A DNA stretch of 64,000 nucleotides from Octopus vulgaris (Eukaryota). Under the pieces are notes generated by a model. That model had not been told where the DNA came from, ran no database searches, and saw only the letters and a program-made list of their open reading frames with translations. The stretch is from the NCBI GenBank assembly GCA_951406725.2, contig OX597827.1, forward strand, positions 42,346,001-42,410,000. Reading direction: 5' to 3'. The first letter of the stretch is position 1. Each line of letters starts with the position of its first letter. Positions 12,634-27,191 of the stretch are shown piece after piece. The translations under genes were made by a program, and so were the position numbers.

Positions 12634-13063
12634 AAGGCGGCAAGCTGGCAGAAACGTTAGCACGCCGGGCGAAATGCTTAGCGGTATTTCGTCTGCCGTG
12701 ACGTTCTGAGTTCAAATTCCGCCGACGTCGACTTTGCCTTTCATCCTTTTGAGATCGATTAAATAACTATCAGTTACGTACTGGGGTCGATATAATCGAC
12801 TTAATCCGTTTGTCTGTCCTTGTTTGTCCTCTCTGTGTTTAGCCCCTTGTGGGTAGTAAAGAAATAGGTATTTCATCTGTCTTTACGTTCTGAGTTCAAA
12901 TTCCGCCGAGGTCGACTTTGCCCTTCATCCCTTCGGGGTCGATAAATTAAGCACCAGTTGCGATATGGGGTCGATAAATTAAGTACCAGTTGTGTACTGA
13001 GGTCGATCTAATCGACTGGTCTCCTACACCCAAATTTCAGGCCTTGTGCTTATGGTAGAATGG

Positions 13064-13122
<59 letters not shown>

Positions 13123-13340
13123 GGTAACGAGCTGGGTGAATGGTTAACAGGTCTGACAAAGTACTTAGAAGCGTTCCTTCTAGCCTTATGTTCTAAGTTC
13201 AAATGCCGCCTAAGTTAACTTTTTCTTACGTCTTTTGGAGATCAATAAAGTTAAGTACCAGTAAAACACTGGAGTCGTTGTATTCGGCTAGCCTTTACCC
13301 ACTAAAATTGCTGGCCTTGTGTCAAGATTTAAGACCATTA
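12634..13340 (+). mobile_element. Family A SINE dimer plus a further decayed A copy
   Basis: Full unit, then aaagaaata|ggtatttcatctg restart, (TTA)n, and a third copy from 13121. Confidence 0.85.
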
Positions 13341-13763
13341 TTAACATTGGCTTTATTACTGTTCTTATTGTTTTTGTTGTTGCTGTTGTTGTTGTTGTTT
13401 TTGTTATTGTTTCTGATGTTGTTATCGTTGCGTCAGCCAGACGCGTTACATTTCGCTCTCCAAATTCTTGGATTTAACGAGTGAAATGGAATGGAAAATT
13501 GTTTCATATAATGCGGAATTTCTACATAGAATCGTAATTAATTGTTTGCATCAATGTTCACCATTTAGGGAAAAACACATTAATTTGCAAAGAAAATAGT
13601 TTCTTCTTCATTTGTAAATAAACGAAATGGTTTCTTCAAAGAACGCCTCAAAAATTTCGAATCAGAATGAATTTTTTTCTTTTACGGATGTTAAACAGAA
13701 AAAGGAAGGAAACCAACAAAAGTAATTTATAACAAAGCGTGCGTTCTCTCTCTCTCTCCCACA

Positions 13764-13801
<38 letters not shown>

Positions 13802-14093
13802 CGAAAGAAAAATGGTGACATTTCTGTGCATAATAGAATTAGAATATTTCTGGTAATATGTTTAGCAACAATGACAGCAAAGCAAAAACATATCCAAATT
13901 CACACATGCGTACAGACACGCGAAAACACATACATTTTGCCTAGTGAGAATGTTAATGGCAATGGAAGCAGTTTCGTCGACATTGTAGGATGCAATCCAG
14001 TCAAAGAAGGAAGCGTGGCATAAGGATAAGTCGCAAAATATTTTTTAAAAAAGTGTCTCTTTCCTTGAGTAAATTGTCGAAGGAAATTGTCGC

Positions 14094-14325
14094 GGTGAGC
14101 TGGCAGAAACGTTAGCACGCCGGGCGAAATGCGTAGCCGTATTTCGTCTGTCGTTACGTTGTGAGTTTAAATTCCGCCGAGGTCGACTTGCCTTTCATTC
14201 TTTCGGGGTCGATAAATTAAGTACCAGTTACGCACCGGGGTCGATGTAATCGACTTAATACCTATGTCTGTTCTGTCCTTGTTTGTCCCCTCTATGTTTA
14301 GCCCCTTGTGGGTAATAAAGAAATA
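14094..14325 (+). mobile_element. SINE family A
   Basis: Near-consensus full copy. Confidence 0.9.
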
Positions 14326-15435
14326 GGAAAAAAATATGACGTGTCTCTTCTTTTCGGAATGATATTCTTTGCCTACAAATGAGTGGTTTCTGGTGAACCT
14401 GTCCGATTTGTACTGCTGTGTGCCCCTGCATCTCTCACAGTATGATATATAGGAATACCTATTTGAATTTTCAAGACAGAGAAGAAGCAATGCAACTGTC
14501 CAAATTGAGGCATCGCAAATTTGTCTATAGACTAACGATGCAGTATGTAGCCTATAGCAATTCAAGAATCATGGTCTGAAGCATGCTCAGTGAGATGCCC
14601 TCTGACTCGTAGTCATCTTTGCAGTGCAATATGGGCAGTTGGTATTTCAAAGGTAATCAATAATAATATATGTGGCCGAAAGAGTTCTGCATGGGTTTAG
14701 AACCTCTAATGACTGCAACCCAACAATCTCTTAAAACCACAAAATATTCTTCTACTCCAGGAAAAGCTAATCGGGAAGAAAGTGGTTAATCTCTGTTGGA
14801 ACTGAAGATCTCAATAGTGAAAGAGTGTGAACGTAACTACATTGAAGAAGAGGAAGTAGGATAAGAATAGGGAATAGTGGAAGGGTCAATAAATCCTTAG
14901 AAAAGAAGAAACAACTGCCCGGAGGAGGCAAATCTTACGTCGTGGAAAAAAGGTTGTTACAGAGGAAGAGATGAGCTTACTAAAGAGGCCAGAACGAGAT
15001 AGGAAATAGTGAAAGAAAAAGGCTACTGGCTCTGAGAGGAACAGAAAGCGAAAAACTAAGTAAATTTGCGAAGATAATGGACGAGCTGTAAACAAATATC
15101 TATACTGAAAATATATAACAGGCGTAAACGACCTTATATACTGTGCAGATTTTATCGCTGTGCAAATCCTTGGGGTTAAAACCAAAGGACAAAGTCCTAT
15201 GGTGGGAATGAAGACTTGAGAAGCAAGTTGAACAACTTGATAGAGATCATGGATAGATACATGCAGCCATAGAATAGAAGAGGGTGAGAGAAACACACAG
15301 GAACGTAGTGCAAAGCGTGTAGAATAATAGACACAAAAGACTGAATAAAGAGAACAAAAATATCAAAGCAGTGTCAGGGAAAAACAAATACCGACAAAGA
15401 ACAAATCAGTACCCGTAGAATAGACTGTCCAGAAA

Positions 15436-15960
15436 CATGGCTTCTGATCTTAAATGATTGGAAGTGTTATCATGTAGATTGTTTTGTCTTGGTATAAAAG
15501 ATGGGCTACAGCAAATATTCTGCTCAATACCACAGATTTGCTTGTCAGTTGTTTGACCTTAACCAGTTGAGCATGTCCCTTAGTGGCTGACGATATGTGC
15601 ATCTCTGATCATGAGCAGAAGTAGTGGGGGAGCATCATAGCCGTGTGTTGAAAAGAATTCTTGGAGGTTTGAATAATTAACCTTTGGAAACATGGGTGTT
15701 TTGTTCAACTTCCTTAAACAACCCTAATTCAGGGACCGTTTGAGCGGGATAGGTTAAACGACCAGAAGAAAATTCTAACTGGGCCCCACCTGCAAGGTCA
15801 TGCACTGTTTATCTTGATATGAGATCACTATGTCGCGCACATATGGTTGTGATGCATATGCCTAACGTACCCTTATCAGACGGGTAGTCATGATGGGTAT
15901 ACTGGGCTTCGTATATTTTACCCCAATGTCACTTTGATGGCATGCACTGCTCTCTCACTC
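15436..15960 (+). mobile_element. (TAA)n-embedded ~560-bp element, 5'-clipped
   Basis: Reverse complement of 4441-4965, ending ctctctcactc followed by (AAT)n to about 16056. Confidence 0.85.
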
Positions 15961-16060
<100 letters not shown>

Positions 16061-16349
16061 TTGTTGTTGACGCATCTGTTTCTAATCTAAACTGGCAATT
16101 TTGAGGGAAGGGGCGAGTCAATACCATCAACTCCAGTACTTGAGCGACACACAAATCTATTGATCCGTTGGTTGTATGAAAGGAGAAGGTTGACCGCAGT
16201 GTGATTTGAACTCAGAACGTAAAGTGTCGGTAGAAATACTGCAATACATTTTGTTCGTCGCTTAAACGATTCTGCCAAACAACGATAAGATTGCCTGTGA
16301 AAACATGGCTGATAATAACTGATTGTTATTCGTGTGAGCTAATTTTGAT

Positions 16350-17020
16350 GGAGACATTTTGGGAGAAGATGAAAAGACGAAAGAAGGCTCAGCAGGCACC
16401 TTGATGGAAAAGGCAGATGTTAATGAAGATTAGTAGCCTTAAGAACGAATATAAGTAAGTTTGAACCAATGGAAATGAGGTAAATTTACGAAAGAGGAAG
16501 TGAATGACAGAGTAGAGGAAATGCATGACCTAAAGAAAACAAAGAAGGAATTAGGACAGTGATTGAAGAGCTAAAGCAGAAAGCGAAGAATAAAGGCTGC
16601 CAGAATAAGGAAATAGGAAGAAAATAAGAAACAATAAATGCATAATCGTCTTTTTCCCTAAGAAACCAGATATGCTGATTTGATGTTTTTTTTGTAAAGG
16701 AAAGAGAAAAAAATGATTAGATAAGAATGTTGAAAAAAAGGAAACAGTTTCGCGGAGAAATTTGGGAGACATGCCAAACACAATGATAAAGCGGAGTAGA
16801 TGAAGCAAGCGGAGAATTATACTGAATATGTTGTAGAGTAAAAGTATTTTACCATCACAGAAACACTGACTTACAAGTAAGGTTTTTTATTCCATGACAA
16901 AAGTAAAAGTTGGAAAAAGTGGTTTGTTGGAACGTGGAAAATGGAAAATGGAAAATTGGTGGATAATGATTATGACTGAAAGAGTTTAGAAATCTCCATG
17001 GAAGATTCATTTAGCATCTG
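16350..17020 (+). pseudogene. Highly decayed R4/Dong-like LINE, pre-RT region
   Basis: Fragments P*WKRQMLMKISSL and KAARIRK*EENKKQ*MHNRLF resemble the PPWKRRL / ARIRRY..RKKQY..NRLF motifs of Dong-type ORFs. Confidence 0.45.
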
Positions 17021-17726
17021 TTACATTCCTAAATAAGAATTTCATTCCTAAATAAGAGTGTAAATGTAGGAATTTTGGAGACACCACACGGAGTGACAAC
17101 AGTGCCCTGTGTAGTTACGGGTTGCCCTTATACAAAACATAGCACCCGTTTGTAAAGCATAGCACCCGTTTGTAAAGAGGCAACGGAAGAGCTCAACTGA
17201 GCCAACTGTGCTTCTTACATCGATGCTGAGCTGGGGAATCCTAGATCAACGGTCAGAATCACCAAACTCTATCAAGAGGGTCACTGTAACGCAGCCGTAG
17301 AAGCAGCACCCATATTTGTGTAATCAGCTAAGGGAAGATTCACAATAACTCCTGATCCTAATTCAAATATGAATAATAGATTTGAGCAATGATAGATAGT
17401 TACAAGGATCCGTGCAGGCAGCACGCCCGGATGATGATGTAATATATATATATATATATATATCACTGTACTTAACTACAGGAAGGACATGCTTGATGAA
17501 TGAAGGACTTATTAAAAGGAAGCGCCGTCTAAAATTACCGTCCAATTACGTGTTTAATACTTATGTAGAAAACTCCTGGCAGGGATAATTACAGAAGAGA
17601 GAAATACTAACGGATAAACCAGAAATATTTAAAGGCTGTTGAGAGCAGTAAAACAATAACGAATTAATGACAGAATCAAAGAATTGCAGAAAAAAACCCC
17701 AACAAACTTACGAATCTGTGCATTAC

Positions 17727-17877
17727 GTGGCTGTGTGGTAAGAAGCTTGCTTCCCAGCCACACGGTTCCAGGTTCAGTCCCACTGCGTGACAACTTGGGC
17801 AAGTGTCTTCTACTATAGCCTCGTGCCAACCAAAGCCTTGCGAGTGGATTTGGTAGGCAGAAAGTGAAAGAATCTCG

Positions 17878-17937
<60 letters not shown>

Positions 17938-18245
17938 GCACACAAACATATATACATATATATACGCATACATATATATGTATACATAAATACATACTTG
18001 CATACATACATACACACACACACACACATATATATGTATGTGTATATATATATATATATGGTTGTGTGTCTGTGCTTCTGTCCTCTCCTCACCATCGCTT
18101 GACAACACATGTTGGTGCGTTTAATTTAGAGTCCGGCAAAAGTGACTGATAAAATAAATTCTAGGAGTCTATTTGTTCGACTAGAGGCGGTGCTGCAGCA
18201 TAGTCGCGGCCAAATGACTGGAGCAAATAAAAGAATAAAAGAATA
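17727..18245 (+). mobile_element. SINE family B
   Basis: Head, CORE-like segment, expanded (TA)n interior and 3' tail aaaagaat repeats. Confidence 0.85.
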
Positions 18246-18374
18246 TATAATATATACATACATATACTGTTTTCCTGGGTTCAGCCAGAGGCTACGACCA
18301 TGCTGGAGCACTGCTTTTCAGTGATTTTTTGTCTCCTTTGTGTACTGTGTTTTTTTTTTGTTTTTTTTTTTTTA

Positions 18375-18660
18375 GGTAAAGAAACGAGTTGGACAGAACT
18401 GCTTTTCTTTGCGCCTCGTGCCGAGATGTGGGTTCGTCTGGGATTTCAAACAGAAATTTGTCCAGGTGCTTTTTGATGGATTCCACATCTGCACCTCACC
18501 AATCTCTCACATTACTTGGCAGTATGCTTAACAGTTATGGTCCACTGAAACTCAAGCTGTTGCAGTACTGGATCCTTAACCGAAATGAAGCAGGGCAGTA
18601 TATTACATATTATGCAATGCCGTGCCGTCCAGTTCGGTGATTGGTATAGCTTTTTAATTC
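18375..18660 (-). pseudogene. CR1-type LINE 3' fragment
   Basis: SLSFSGP*LLSILP...VESIKKHLDKFLFEIPDEP is a typical CR1 ORF2 C-terminus. A-rich tail follows. Confidence 0.7.
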
Positions 18661-18679
18661 TAAAGTATATATCTTTACC

Positions 18680-18885
18680 TTTTTAACCTGTTTCAGTCAT
18701 TTGACTGTAGCCATGCTGGAGCACCGCATTTAGTCGACCAAATCGAACCTAGGACTCATCCTAGTACTTATTCTATCGGTGTCTTTTGCCGAACCGCTAG
18801 TTTACGGGAACGTAGACATCAGTATCGGTTGTCAAGCGATGGTGGGGGCTGGGGACAAACAGACACACACACACACACACACATG

Positions 18886-18916
<31 letters not shown>

Positions 18917-19070
18917 GTACAATTTCCGTCTACCAAATTCACTCAGAAGGCTTTGGTCGGCCCGAGGCTATAGTAGAAGACACTTGCTCAAGATGCCACG
19001 CAGTGGGACTGAACGCGGAGCCATGTGGTTGGTAAGCAAGCTATTTACCACAGAGCCACTCCTGCGCCTA
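18680..19070 (-). mobile_element. SINE family B
   Basis: Reverse complement of the family B consensus. Confidence 0.85.
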
Positions 19071-19147
19071 TATGTATGTATGTATATATATATGTGTGTT
19101 TGTGCGTGTGTGTGTGTGTGTGTGTGTCTGTTTGTCCCCAGCCCCCA

Positions 19148-19184
<37 letters not shown>

Positions 19185-19609
19185 AATTATAAAAATGTTA
19201 CAAAAGTATGTAGTGTAGTACTGTTTCTACTTCGCGGCTTTTAACCTATCGCGGGACGTTTTGGAACGTAACATCCTCGATAGTCGAGGGATTAATGTAG
19301 ACTGTAAGACCAAGACGACCTCGGGTAAGGCCGGAAGTAATACCGCAAAGAATTCTGTCCGGCTTGGTAACGATTTTGCCACCGCCGCCGTCACCACCAT
19401 CACTACTACTCTACCTCTACCTTTTCCTATTCTTGCCTCTTATTGCTGTCCCACACTCATTTCCTCTTCGCTACATTCTCCTCCATTTTCAGCATTTTTT
19501 AAAACACTTTTTCCCTTTAAACTAGCAAAACAATTTTGTTTTCATTATTGAATATTTTCACATAGACACACACAAACACACACTCCCTCCTCTCTGTCTG
19601 TCTGTCTGC

Positions 19610-19641
<32 letters not shown>

Positions 19642-20914
19642 ACCTCTTTCAAACGCTCTCTTTCTATCTCAGCCTTCTTCTGTCTCTGTCTCTCTCTTCC
19701 TATCTCACCGTCTCTCTGTCTTTACATATCTCTTTCTTTCTCTCTCTCTCTTCCCCACTCTCTCCCTCTCTCTGACTCTCTGTATTTTTCTCACGCTCAC
19801 TTTCTCAGTCTCTTTCTGTCACTCTCTCTTTGTTTCACTGTGTCTCTGCTTTTACATCTTTCTTTCGTTCTTTAATTTTTCTTTCTTTCTTTCTTTCTTT
19901 ATCTCTCTCTCTTTCTCTCTCTCCCTTTCTCTCCCTTTCTCTCTCTGCCTCTCTCTCCATTTCTTTCTCATTCTCTCTCTGTCTCTTTCTCTTTCAGTTT
20001 CCCTTTGTCTCTCTGTCTCTGTTTCACTATCTCTCTGCCTTTACATCTCTCTCTCTCTCTCTCTTTCTATCTCTCTTTTTCGTCTCTCTCTCTCTATCTA
20101 TCTATCTATCTCTCTCTCTCTCTCTTTCTCCCACTCATCTACCGGTCAATTGTTACACAGACATCCTATAACAACTGTGGATTACAACTTCCGGCAGTGG
20201 TGGAGAGAGAAAGGGAACGCATAAACACACCCACACACGCATACACCCTCCACCCCCCCACACACACGACCAACAACAACAACAAACATATTCACAACAC
20301 ACACAACACAATACAACAACATACAACACAATGCAACACAACACAGAATAATGCTAATTTATAACGAAATATCTCCGAGTCAATCCCATTTTTAATGGCG
20401 GCGTGAAATATATATCGTTATCGACGCAACCGTTTACTATACGGATATTACGTTTCAATCGTACAAAGGCAATTACATAAACAGATGTCTGAAATACAAA
20501 AGCAAAAACTATAGAAAAGGAGAGAACAAGGACACAAAGAAATGTCATAACTGGGTATGGATGTTATTTCTAAAATCGTTAATTGGTGAATATTTATCAG
20601 TAGAAGCAGAACAATTTTCTGCTTAAGAACATAATGGAATCAAAACTACTTCATTTTAAACCAGTGTGAAGTATTTAATCATATGTCATCTACTGTACCA
20701 CTCCAGAAGTAGTCTTACCTGAATGAAAAGCTGTAAATTCGTAACTTGAAAACAAGGCAACGGTAAAACAGCGTCGGTGAGAATCTGGGTGTGTTTGATA
20801 TTGGAAACCTATTACGAAGAAATGCAGAAATCGCTGGAAATGTGTGAAGGAAGGACATTATTTTTTACTTCCTTACCTCAAAATGTTTCCAAGTAATAGA
20901 AAGCAGTAAAAATA

Positions 20915-21212
20915 TTGGGTTGTCCGGAAAGTTCGTGCCGATTTATAGCAGCTTACATTTCTACTTATTTTAGAACATGTTTGAGTCCATAAAATAGGAT
21001 TTGACTACATCTCCATTTAGAGCACAGTTTAAGCTATCTTTTCGTGGAAGAAGGTTTATGTTAATTCTGTAACCCTTTAAAATGGAAGATAAGAAAGTTC
21101 ACTTTCGGCATTTGATGCTCTGGGAACCAGACAAAAATTGCTGCAGCTCGGCTGGGATGTGTTACCCCACCCTCCATATTCACCAGATATTGCTCCTTCG
21201 GATTTCCACTTA
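20915..21212 (+). mobile_element. Internally deleted mariner transposon
   Basis: TA + TIR TTGGGTTGTCCGGAAAGTTCG. N-terminus MEDKKVHFRHLMLWE joined directly to RQKLLQLGWDVLPHPPYSPDIAPSDFHL (YSPDL motif). Confidence 0.85.
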
Positions 21213-21431
21213 ATCGGGTTTCTGCAATGGGAAGTCACCATTAAGCCGTTCGTGGAAGAAGACAATCACACGACCACAACATCCACCGTTGTTCTACCTG
21301 GAATTTTGGTGGCACACCTACCTAAGTACTCAGAACGCATACTTATTAGTTTGAATCATCCTGACGAAAACACCCCAGATCAACGGTGTATATACATTTA
21401 GTATGATATACAGATGATATATAGATATATA

Positions 21432-21462
<31 letters not shown>

Positions 21463-22659
21463 TTGCGTGCGTGCGCATATGTATATGTATGTATGTATAT
21501 ATATATATGTGTGTGTGTGTATATATATATATGTATATATGTATATATGTATCTTTATATATATTTATATATATATATATATATATAAAGATACATATAT
21601 ATGTATATATATATATATATATGTGTGTGTGTATATATATATAGAGAAATAGATAGATAGATAGATAGATAGACAGAAGATAGAAAGACAGACAGACGGA
21701 CGGACAGGCCGATAGATGAAGTAGCAGAATAGATCTTCTGCATCAACTTAGAACTCAGCCAGAATTGAACTGTCTAACACAGAAAGGGGGAAATATAGAG
21801 AAAGAGAGAAAGTGAGTAAAAAAAGAGAGCGAGTGTAGGTTTGTGTGTGTATGAGCGCGTGAATAGAGAGAGAGAGCGAGCGAGAGAGTGTACGTGTGTG
21901 TGCGTGTGTGTGTGTGTGCTCGTCTGTGTTCCCCATCATCGCTTGACGACTGCTGTTGCTGTGTTTACAACTCCGTAACTTAGCGCTTTGGCAAGAAAAC
22001 GATGAAATAAGTACCAGGCTTTAAAAAAAAAAAAAAAAAAGGACTAGGGTCGATTCAATCGATTCAAATTTTTTCAAAGCGGTGCTCCAGCGTGGCCGTA
22101 GTTAAACGATTGAAACGAAGTTTTTGGGGAGGGGCCAGTCGATTAGATTGACTCCAGTACGCAACTGGTACCTAATCTATCCTCTCCTAAAGAATTAAAG
22201 GCAAAGTCGACCTCGGGGGAATTTGAACTCAGAACGTAAAGACAGACGAAATACGCTAAGCATTTCGTCCGACGTGCTAACGTTTCAGCCAGCTCGCCGC
22301 CTCAGAGTAAAAGATAAAGGAATGTTACTAGTAAAACAAGTCATATTTAGACATTTGTTAGACGGGAGGGGGAGATGGTATGACACATGCAAATGGTATG
22401 CGCAATTCAAATAATAATTTCCTATTTGGAACACTTTCATTAACCCCAACTATTGTTTAACTTGTTCCACGTTTAACACGCCTGTCAATTTTAAAGGTAG
22501 GCTGCATAGCATTATCTAATGTGTCAGGCCTTTTCCTTTAACACAGTGGTTTATGGTGAACGTGACATTCGATTGCAGTTTTAGCATATCCAGTGACCAC
22601 GGAGAGTATCCTTTACTGGCTCATTTCCTCTCCTTGAAATATGAGGTAGAACATAACGA

Positions 22660-23225
22660 TAGGATTTCTAGCAACATTTTTCAGGTCGTTTTTTAAAAAG
22701 TTTCTTACCTTGAGAGCACCTTTGCACAGGGATCCATATTGCAACAGGGGATCCACATTTCAACAGGGGTCCACTAGTCTAAGGCACAATTTTTTCAGGA
22801 CCTCTGAAAAATTACTGTTGACCCTTGATTTACTAAAATACGCCTTCTAGTTATTATTGTTGTGAAAAGTAAAATGGTACATAAATAAGTAAATACAGGA
22901 TTTTCTAGCGACATTTTTCGGGGCGTTTTTAAACAAGGACGTTTTCAGGGTGTTTTTCAAAAAAATTTCCCTCCTTGAGGGCACCATTGCACAGGGATCC
23001 ACATTGCAACAGATGTCCACATAACAACGGAGGTCTAAAGCACAATTTTTTCATGATCCCTGAAAAATTACTGTTGACCCCTGATTTACTAAATTACCCC
23101 TTCTAGTTATTATCATTTTGAAAAGTAAAGTAGTAAATAAATTAGTAAAATAGGATTTCTAGCAACATTTTTCATGGCGTTTTTTAAACAAGTATCTTTC
23201 CTTGAGGGCACCATATGGACCCCGG
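22660..23225. repeat. Tandem repeat, ~240-bp unit x2.3
   Basis: taggatttctagcaacatttttca...ccttgag.gcacc.ttgcacagggatcca...aaaaattactgttgaccc recurs at about 22660, 22895 and 23150. Confidence 0.75.
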
Positions 23226-23467
23226 GTGAGAAGCCCTGCGCTAATGCAAGGCGGAGAGCTGGCAGAATCGTTAGCACGCCGGGCGAAATGCTTAGCTGCA
23301 TTTCGTCCCTTTTTCACGTTTTGAGTTCAAATTCCTTTCGGAGTCGACGAAATACAGTTGAGTACTGGGCTCCATGCAATCGACTTCCTCCCCTCGCCCA
23401 GAATTGCTGACGTTTGCAATCATCATTACGCTAGGGCATGCTAATTTAGTCATCATCATCATCATCA

Positions 23468-23516
<49 letters not shown>

Positions 23517-23577
23517 TATTGCCTTTGCACAGCTTCTAACGCTGGAGATGTACTACGGTGTGAATTAAGGTAAGACC

Positions 23578-24170
23578 TCTTATGTTTCGAGCACCATCCG
23601 GAGTTTTCGAGCGGTTCCAAGCAGTGCTGTTTTCTGCAAGTGCTCTACCCTAATTGCAGCCCCTATTTGTTCCATGTGCTTCTCAAGATTTTTACTCACT
23701 GTTCTCAGGTATCCGACAATTATTAGTACTATCCTTTTAGCTACAATTTTGTTGAAACTCCTGGATGCGTACCAGCTTTGCTATCTTTTCTTTTCAACTG
23801 TCAAATACTTTCCTGATTATTCTGGCCGTGCCAAGGAGGCAAACCTTTCGTAACAGTTCTCCTGTGTACTCTATTCCTATTTCCTTTATATTCCCCTTGA
23901 TACCTTCTGTTACTGTCCCCAAAGATCCAGCAATAATTGGCACTACTTTAACCTTCTTCATTTGCTACAGCCGGATGATTTCATACTTAAGAAGATTACA
24001 TATGTCTATTTTCTTGCCTTCCTTCTTGAATATTCGAGAGTCAAAGAAGCCCGCAACAACAATCAAAGAGCTCCTGTGGTTCTTCACAATGATTCAGTCC
24101 AGCTTTATGCTCTGGCACCTGATCTATTAGGATTCAGAAATCCCCCAGAATTTGCAGTTTCCGACTCCAC
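23578..24170 (-). pseudogene. Two decayed Dong/R4-type RLE C-terminal fragments
   Basis: VEHLQKTALLGTARKLRMVLET* (about 23580-23730) and KVKVVPIIAGSLGTV...LLRKVCLLGTARIIRKVF (about 23790-24170). Confidence 0.7.
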
Positions 24171-24417
24171 CACACACCGTAGTTGTTGTTGTTGTTGTTG
24201 TTATAAGGTGGCTGGCTAGCTGGCATAATCCTTAACCCGCCGAGCGAAATGGTTAGAGGTATTTCGTCTGCCGCTGCGATCTGAGTTCAAATTCCGTCGT
24301 GTCAACTTTGCCTTTCATCCTCTCGGGGTCGATAAACTAAGTACCAGTTGAAAATGGGGGTTGATATAATCGACTCATCCCACCTCCCTCAAGCTGAACC
24401 TTGTGGCAAAAATTTGA

Positions 24418-24543
<126 letters not shown>

Positions 24544-24599
24544 TTGCTGGACCCGTGAAAACTTCACGGGAAACAAAAAAATATAGGCATCTGGGATTG

Positions 24600-24885
24600 C
24601 AGCTAGAAAGTTATACTCCGAGGCACAAGTCCGGGCAAAGTTGTTTATGGAAAACCATGCATACCAGCCTCCCCTCTCCACACCACTGATGTTTTCCAAG
24701 GGAAAGGCAAAGGGGCCGATACAGCTTGGCACCAGTGATGTCGCAACACATTTCTACGGCTGAGTTAACTGGAGCAACGTGAAATAAAGTGTCTTGCTCA
24801 AGAACACAACACGCAGCCCGGTCCGGCAATCGAACTCACAACCTCACGATCGTAAGCTCTAACCACTGAGCAATGCGCCTTCACT
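24600..24885 (-). mobile_element. tRNA-derived SINE (family C-type head)
   Basis: Minus strand tgaaggcgcattgctcagtggttagagc...gtgagttcgattgcc...ttgagcaagacactttatttcacgttgctccag. Confidence 0.8.
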
Positions 24886-25166
24886 ACATATAATAACTAT
24901 CGAATAATTATGTATAAGCAGGACCTTGGGAAATTCTACGAAATCCAAAAAATATAAGCATCTATAAGAGTAACATCGAATTATAGCGGAGAAAAGGAAA
25001 AGTAATGTCAAATATTGGATGACGACCGAGTATTTAGAAAAAGTATATTTCTTAGAAAGTACAAGTAACATGCAATATTTACTGTGTTTATGTATCTGTC
25101 TACTCTGAAAATACTGATAAACCTTTATAAACACAAAATGAACGCCACCTGCCTGTCAATCACCTT

Positions 25167-25200
<34 letters not shown>

Positions 25201-25223
25201 GCTTCTCTCTCTCTCTCTGTTTT

Positions 25224-25274
<51 letters not shown>

Positions 25275-25456
25275 GTTCTCTCGCTCTCGCTCTGACACTC
25301 GCTTCAACTAAAGCGCCTCTGCTTAACACATTTTATTTCTCTTTTTCTTTCTACCCGTCCCTACAACTGTAGAATAGTAACAGTAACATTCACAGCTATT
25401 TGCTGAGAGAGAGTGAGAGAGAGAGCATGTTAGAGAGACGGACAGACAGACAGACG

Positions 25457-25499
<43 letters not shown>

Positions 25500-25500
25500 T

Positions 25501-25558
<58 letters not shown>

Positions 25559-25571
25559 AAGATAGATAGAT

Positions 25572-25791
25572 ACTCTTTTACTCTTTTACTTGTTTCAGTC
25601 ATTTGACTGTGGTCATGCTGGAGCACCGCCTTTAGTCGAGTAAATCGACCCCATGATTTATTCTTTATAAGCATAGTACTTATTCTATCGGTTTCTTTTG
25701 CGGAACCGCTAAGTTACGGGGGACGTAAACACACCAGCATCGGTTGTCAAGCGATGTTGGGGTGGGGACAAACACAGATACACAGACATAT

Positions 25792-25865
<74 letters not shown>

Positions 25866-25985
25866 TAAATTAGAGATAAAACCACTATTAGGCAAATCTC
25901 TAATTTAATATATATATTTATACTATAAAATTAGATTTAATCCTAAATCTAAATTTTTCCCTGTAAGTTTGGATTTACTCCCTAA

Positions 25986-26066
<81 letters not shown>

Positions 26067-26245
26067 TATACACATATATACGGCAGGATTCTTTCAGTTT
26101 CCGTTTACCAAATCCACTCACAAAGCTTTGGTTGGCCCGAGGCTATAGTAGAAGACACTTGCCCAAGGTGCCACGCTGTGGGACTGAACCTGGAACCATG
26201 TGGCTGGTAAGCAAGCTTCTTAACACACATCCACTCCTACGCCTA
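25572..26245 (-). mobile_element. SINE family B with secondary insertions in its internal microsatellite
   Basis: 3' half at 25572-25800 and 5' half at 26080-26245. The intervening short inverted repeat (25862-25908) and (TTA)n are insertions. Confidence 0.85.
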
Positions 26246-26254
26246 TTGTAAGAG

Positions 26255-27012
26255 TGGCTGTGTTATGTCGAACAGCTGCTGTCATGTATGGGACATGTCT
26301 GTCGGCCGAGTCAGTAATGATCTTCGCACTGTTGCCCTCCTTTAATCGGGCAGGCAAAGTAGTTTTCCTTTGTCTGGTGGCTGTGGCGAAAGAAGTTGTT
26401 TGGTGAACAAGGCTGAAAGGTATGAAGACAGAGACATTCCTTTTTCGTGGCGTTCTCATTGACTTCTTCAAGTTTCACTTGAAAAAGGAAATTGAGAGTG
26501 GAGAGGAAAGTGCTGTCCTCGAGTGAGATTTTGAAAGGTGGGTGAAAGTTGCGAAAATGGCAAGAGTTAAGTTAAGTTAAGTTAATTTTTTGGCTCAAAA
26601 AGCAAAAAGCAAGGCCATGTGGGGGGGGTGGGACATGGAATTATGTACAGGGTGGTGTTCATGCAAAGAGTTCAGGCCATTTCTGGTCAAGGGTGGTTGG
26701 TACCCGTCTAAATGTAGACATGTAAGCCGGAGAGATGGAACTGGAACGGGCACTTGCCCTTAGGGTTTCAGAGAAATCTCAAACAGTGGGGTTCCTTGAG
26801 TATCCCTAAAGGCCTTCCTGTATCAGGAGGGTCACATCTCTATCATCCTCTCCGACACTTTTTTTTTAAACCTTTCTATGCTATGCATATGTCCTTTTTT
26901 CTTCAGTGTATACCGTGCATACTTCTTATTTTAGCATTCTTTTATATGTTAACCCCTACTTTTTATGTCTGCTTTTGCGTTGTCCTCCTCATCCTTCTCC
27001 CTTGTGGCAAAT
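26255..27012 (+). pseudogene. L1/Tx1-type LINE 3' end with nested retro-insertion
   Basis: FLCLVAVAKEVVW*TRLKG...FFKFHLK. Colinear with 52595-53325. Interrupted at about 26567-26690. Confidence 0.75.
26567..26690 (-). mobile_element. Short 3' retroelement fragment with (AACTT)n tail
   Basis: (TTAAG)n at the left end, caagagt/caagggt flanking direct repeat, and absent from the paralogous L1 copy at about 52880. Confidence 0.7.
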
Positions 27013-27018
27013 AAATGT

Positions 27019-27069
<51 letters not shown>

Positions 27070-27086
27070 TATTATTATTATTATTG

Positions 27087-27126
<40 letters not shown>

Positions 27127-27133
27127 GTTGTTG

Positions 27134-27191
<58 letters not shown>

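Noticed and set aside
14886-15296. 136-aa ORF
   Set aside because: At most a faint resemblance to a decayed LINE C-terminus, too weak to call.
21357-21390. Hammerhead start CTGACGA-a-aacacc...ggtgt
   Set aside because: Truncated before GAAA, stem III and the cleavage site.
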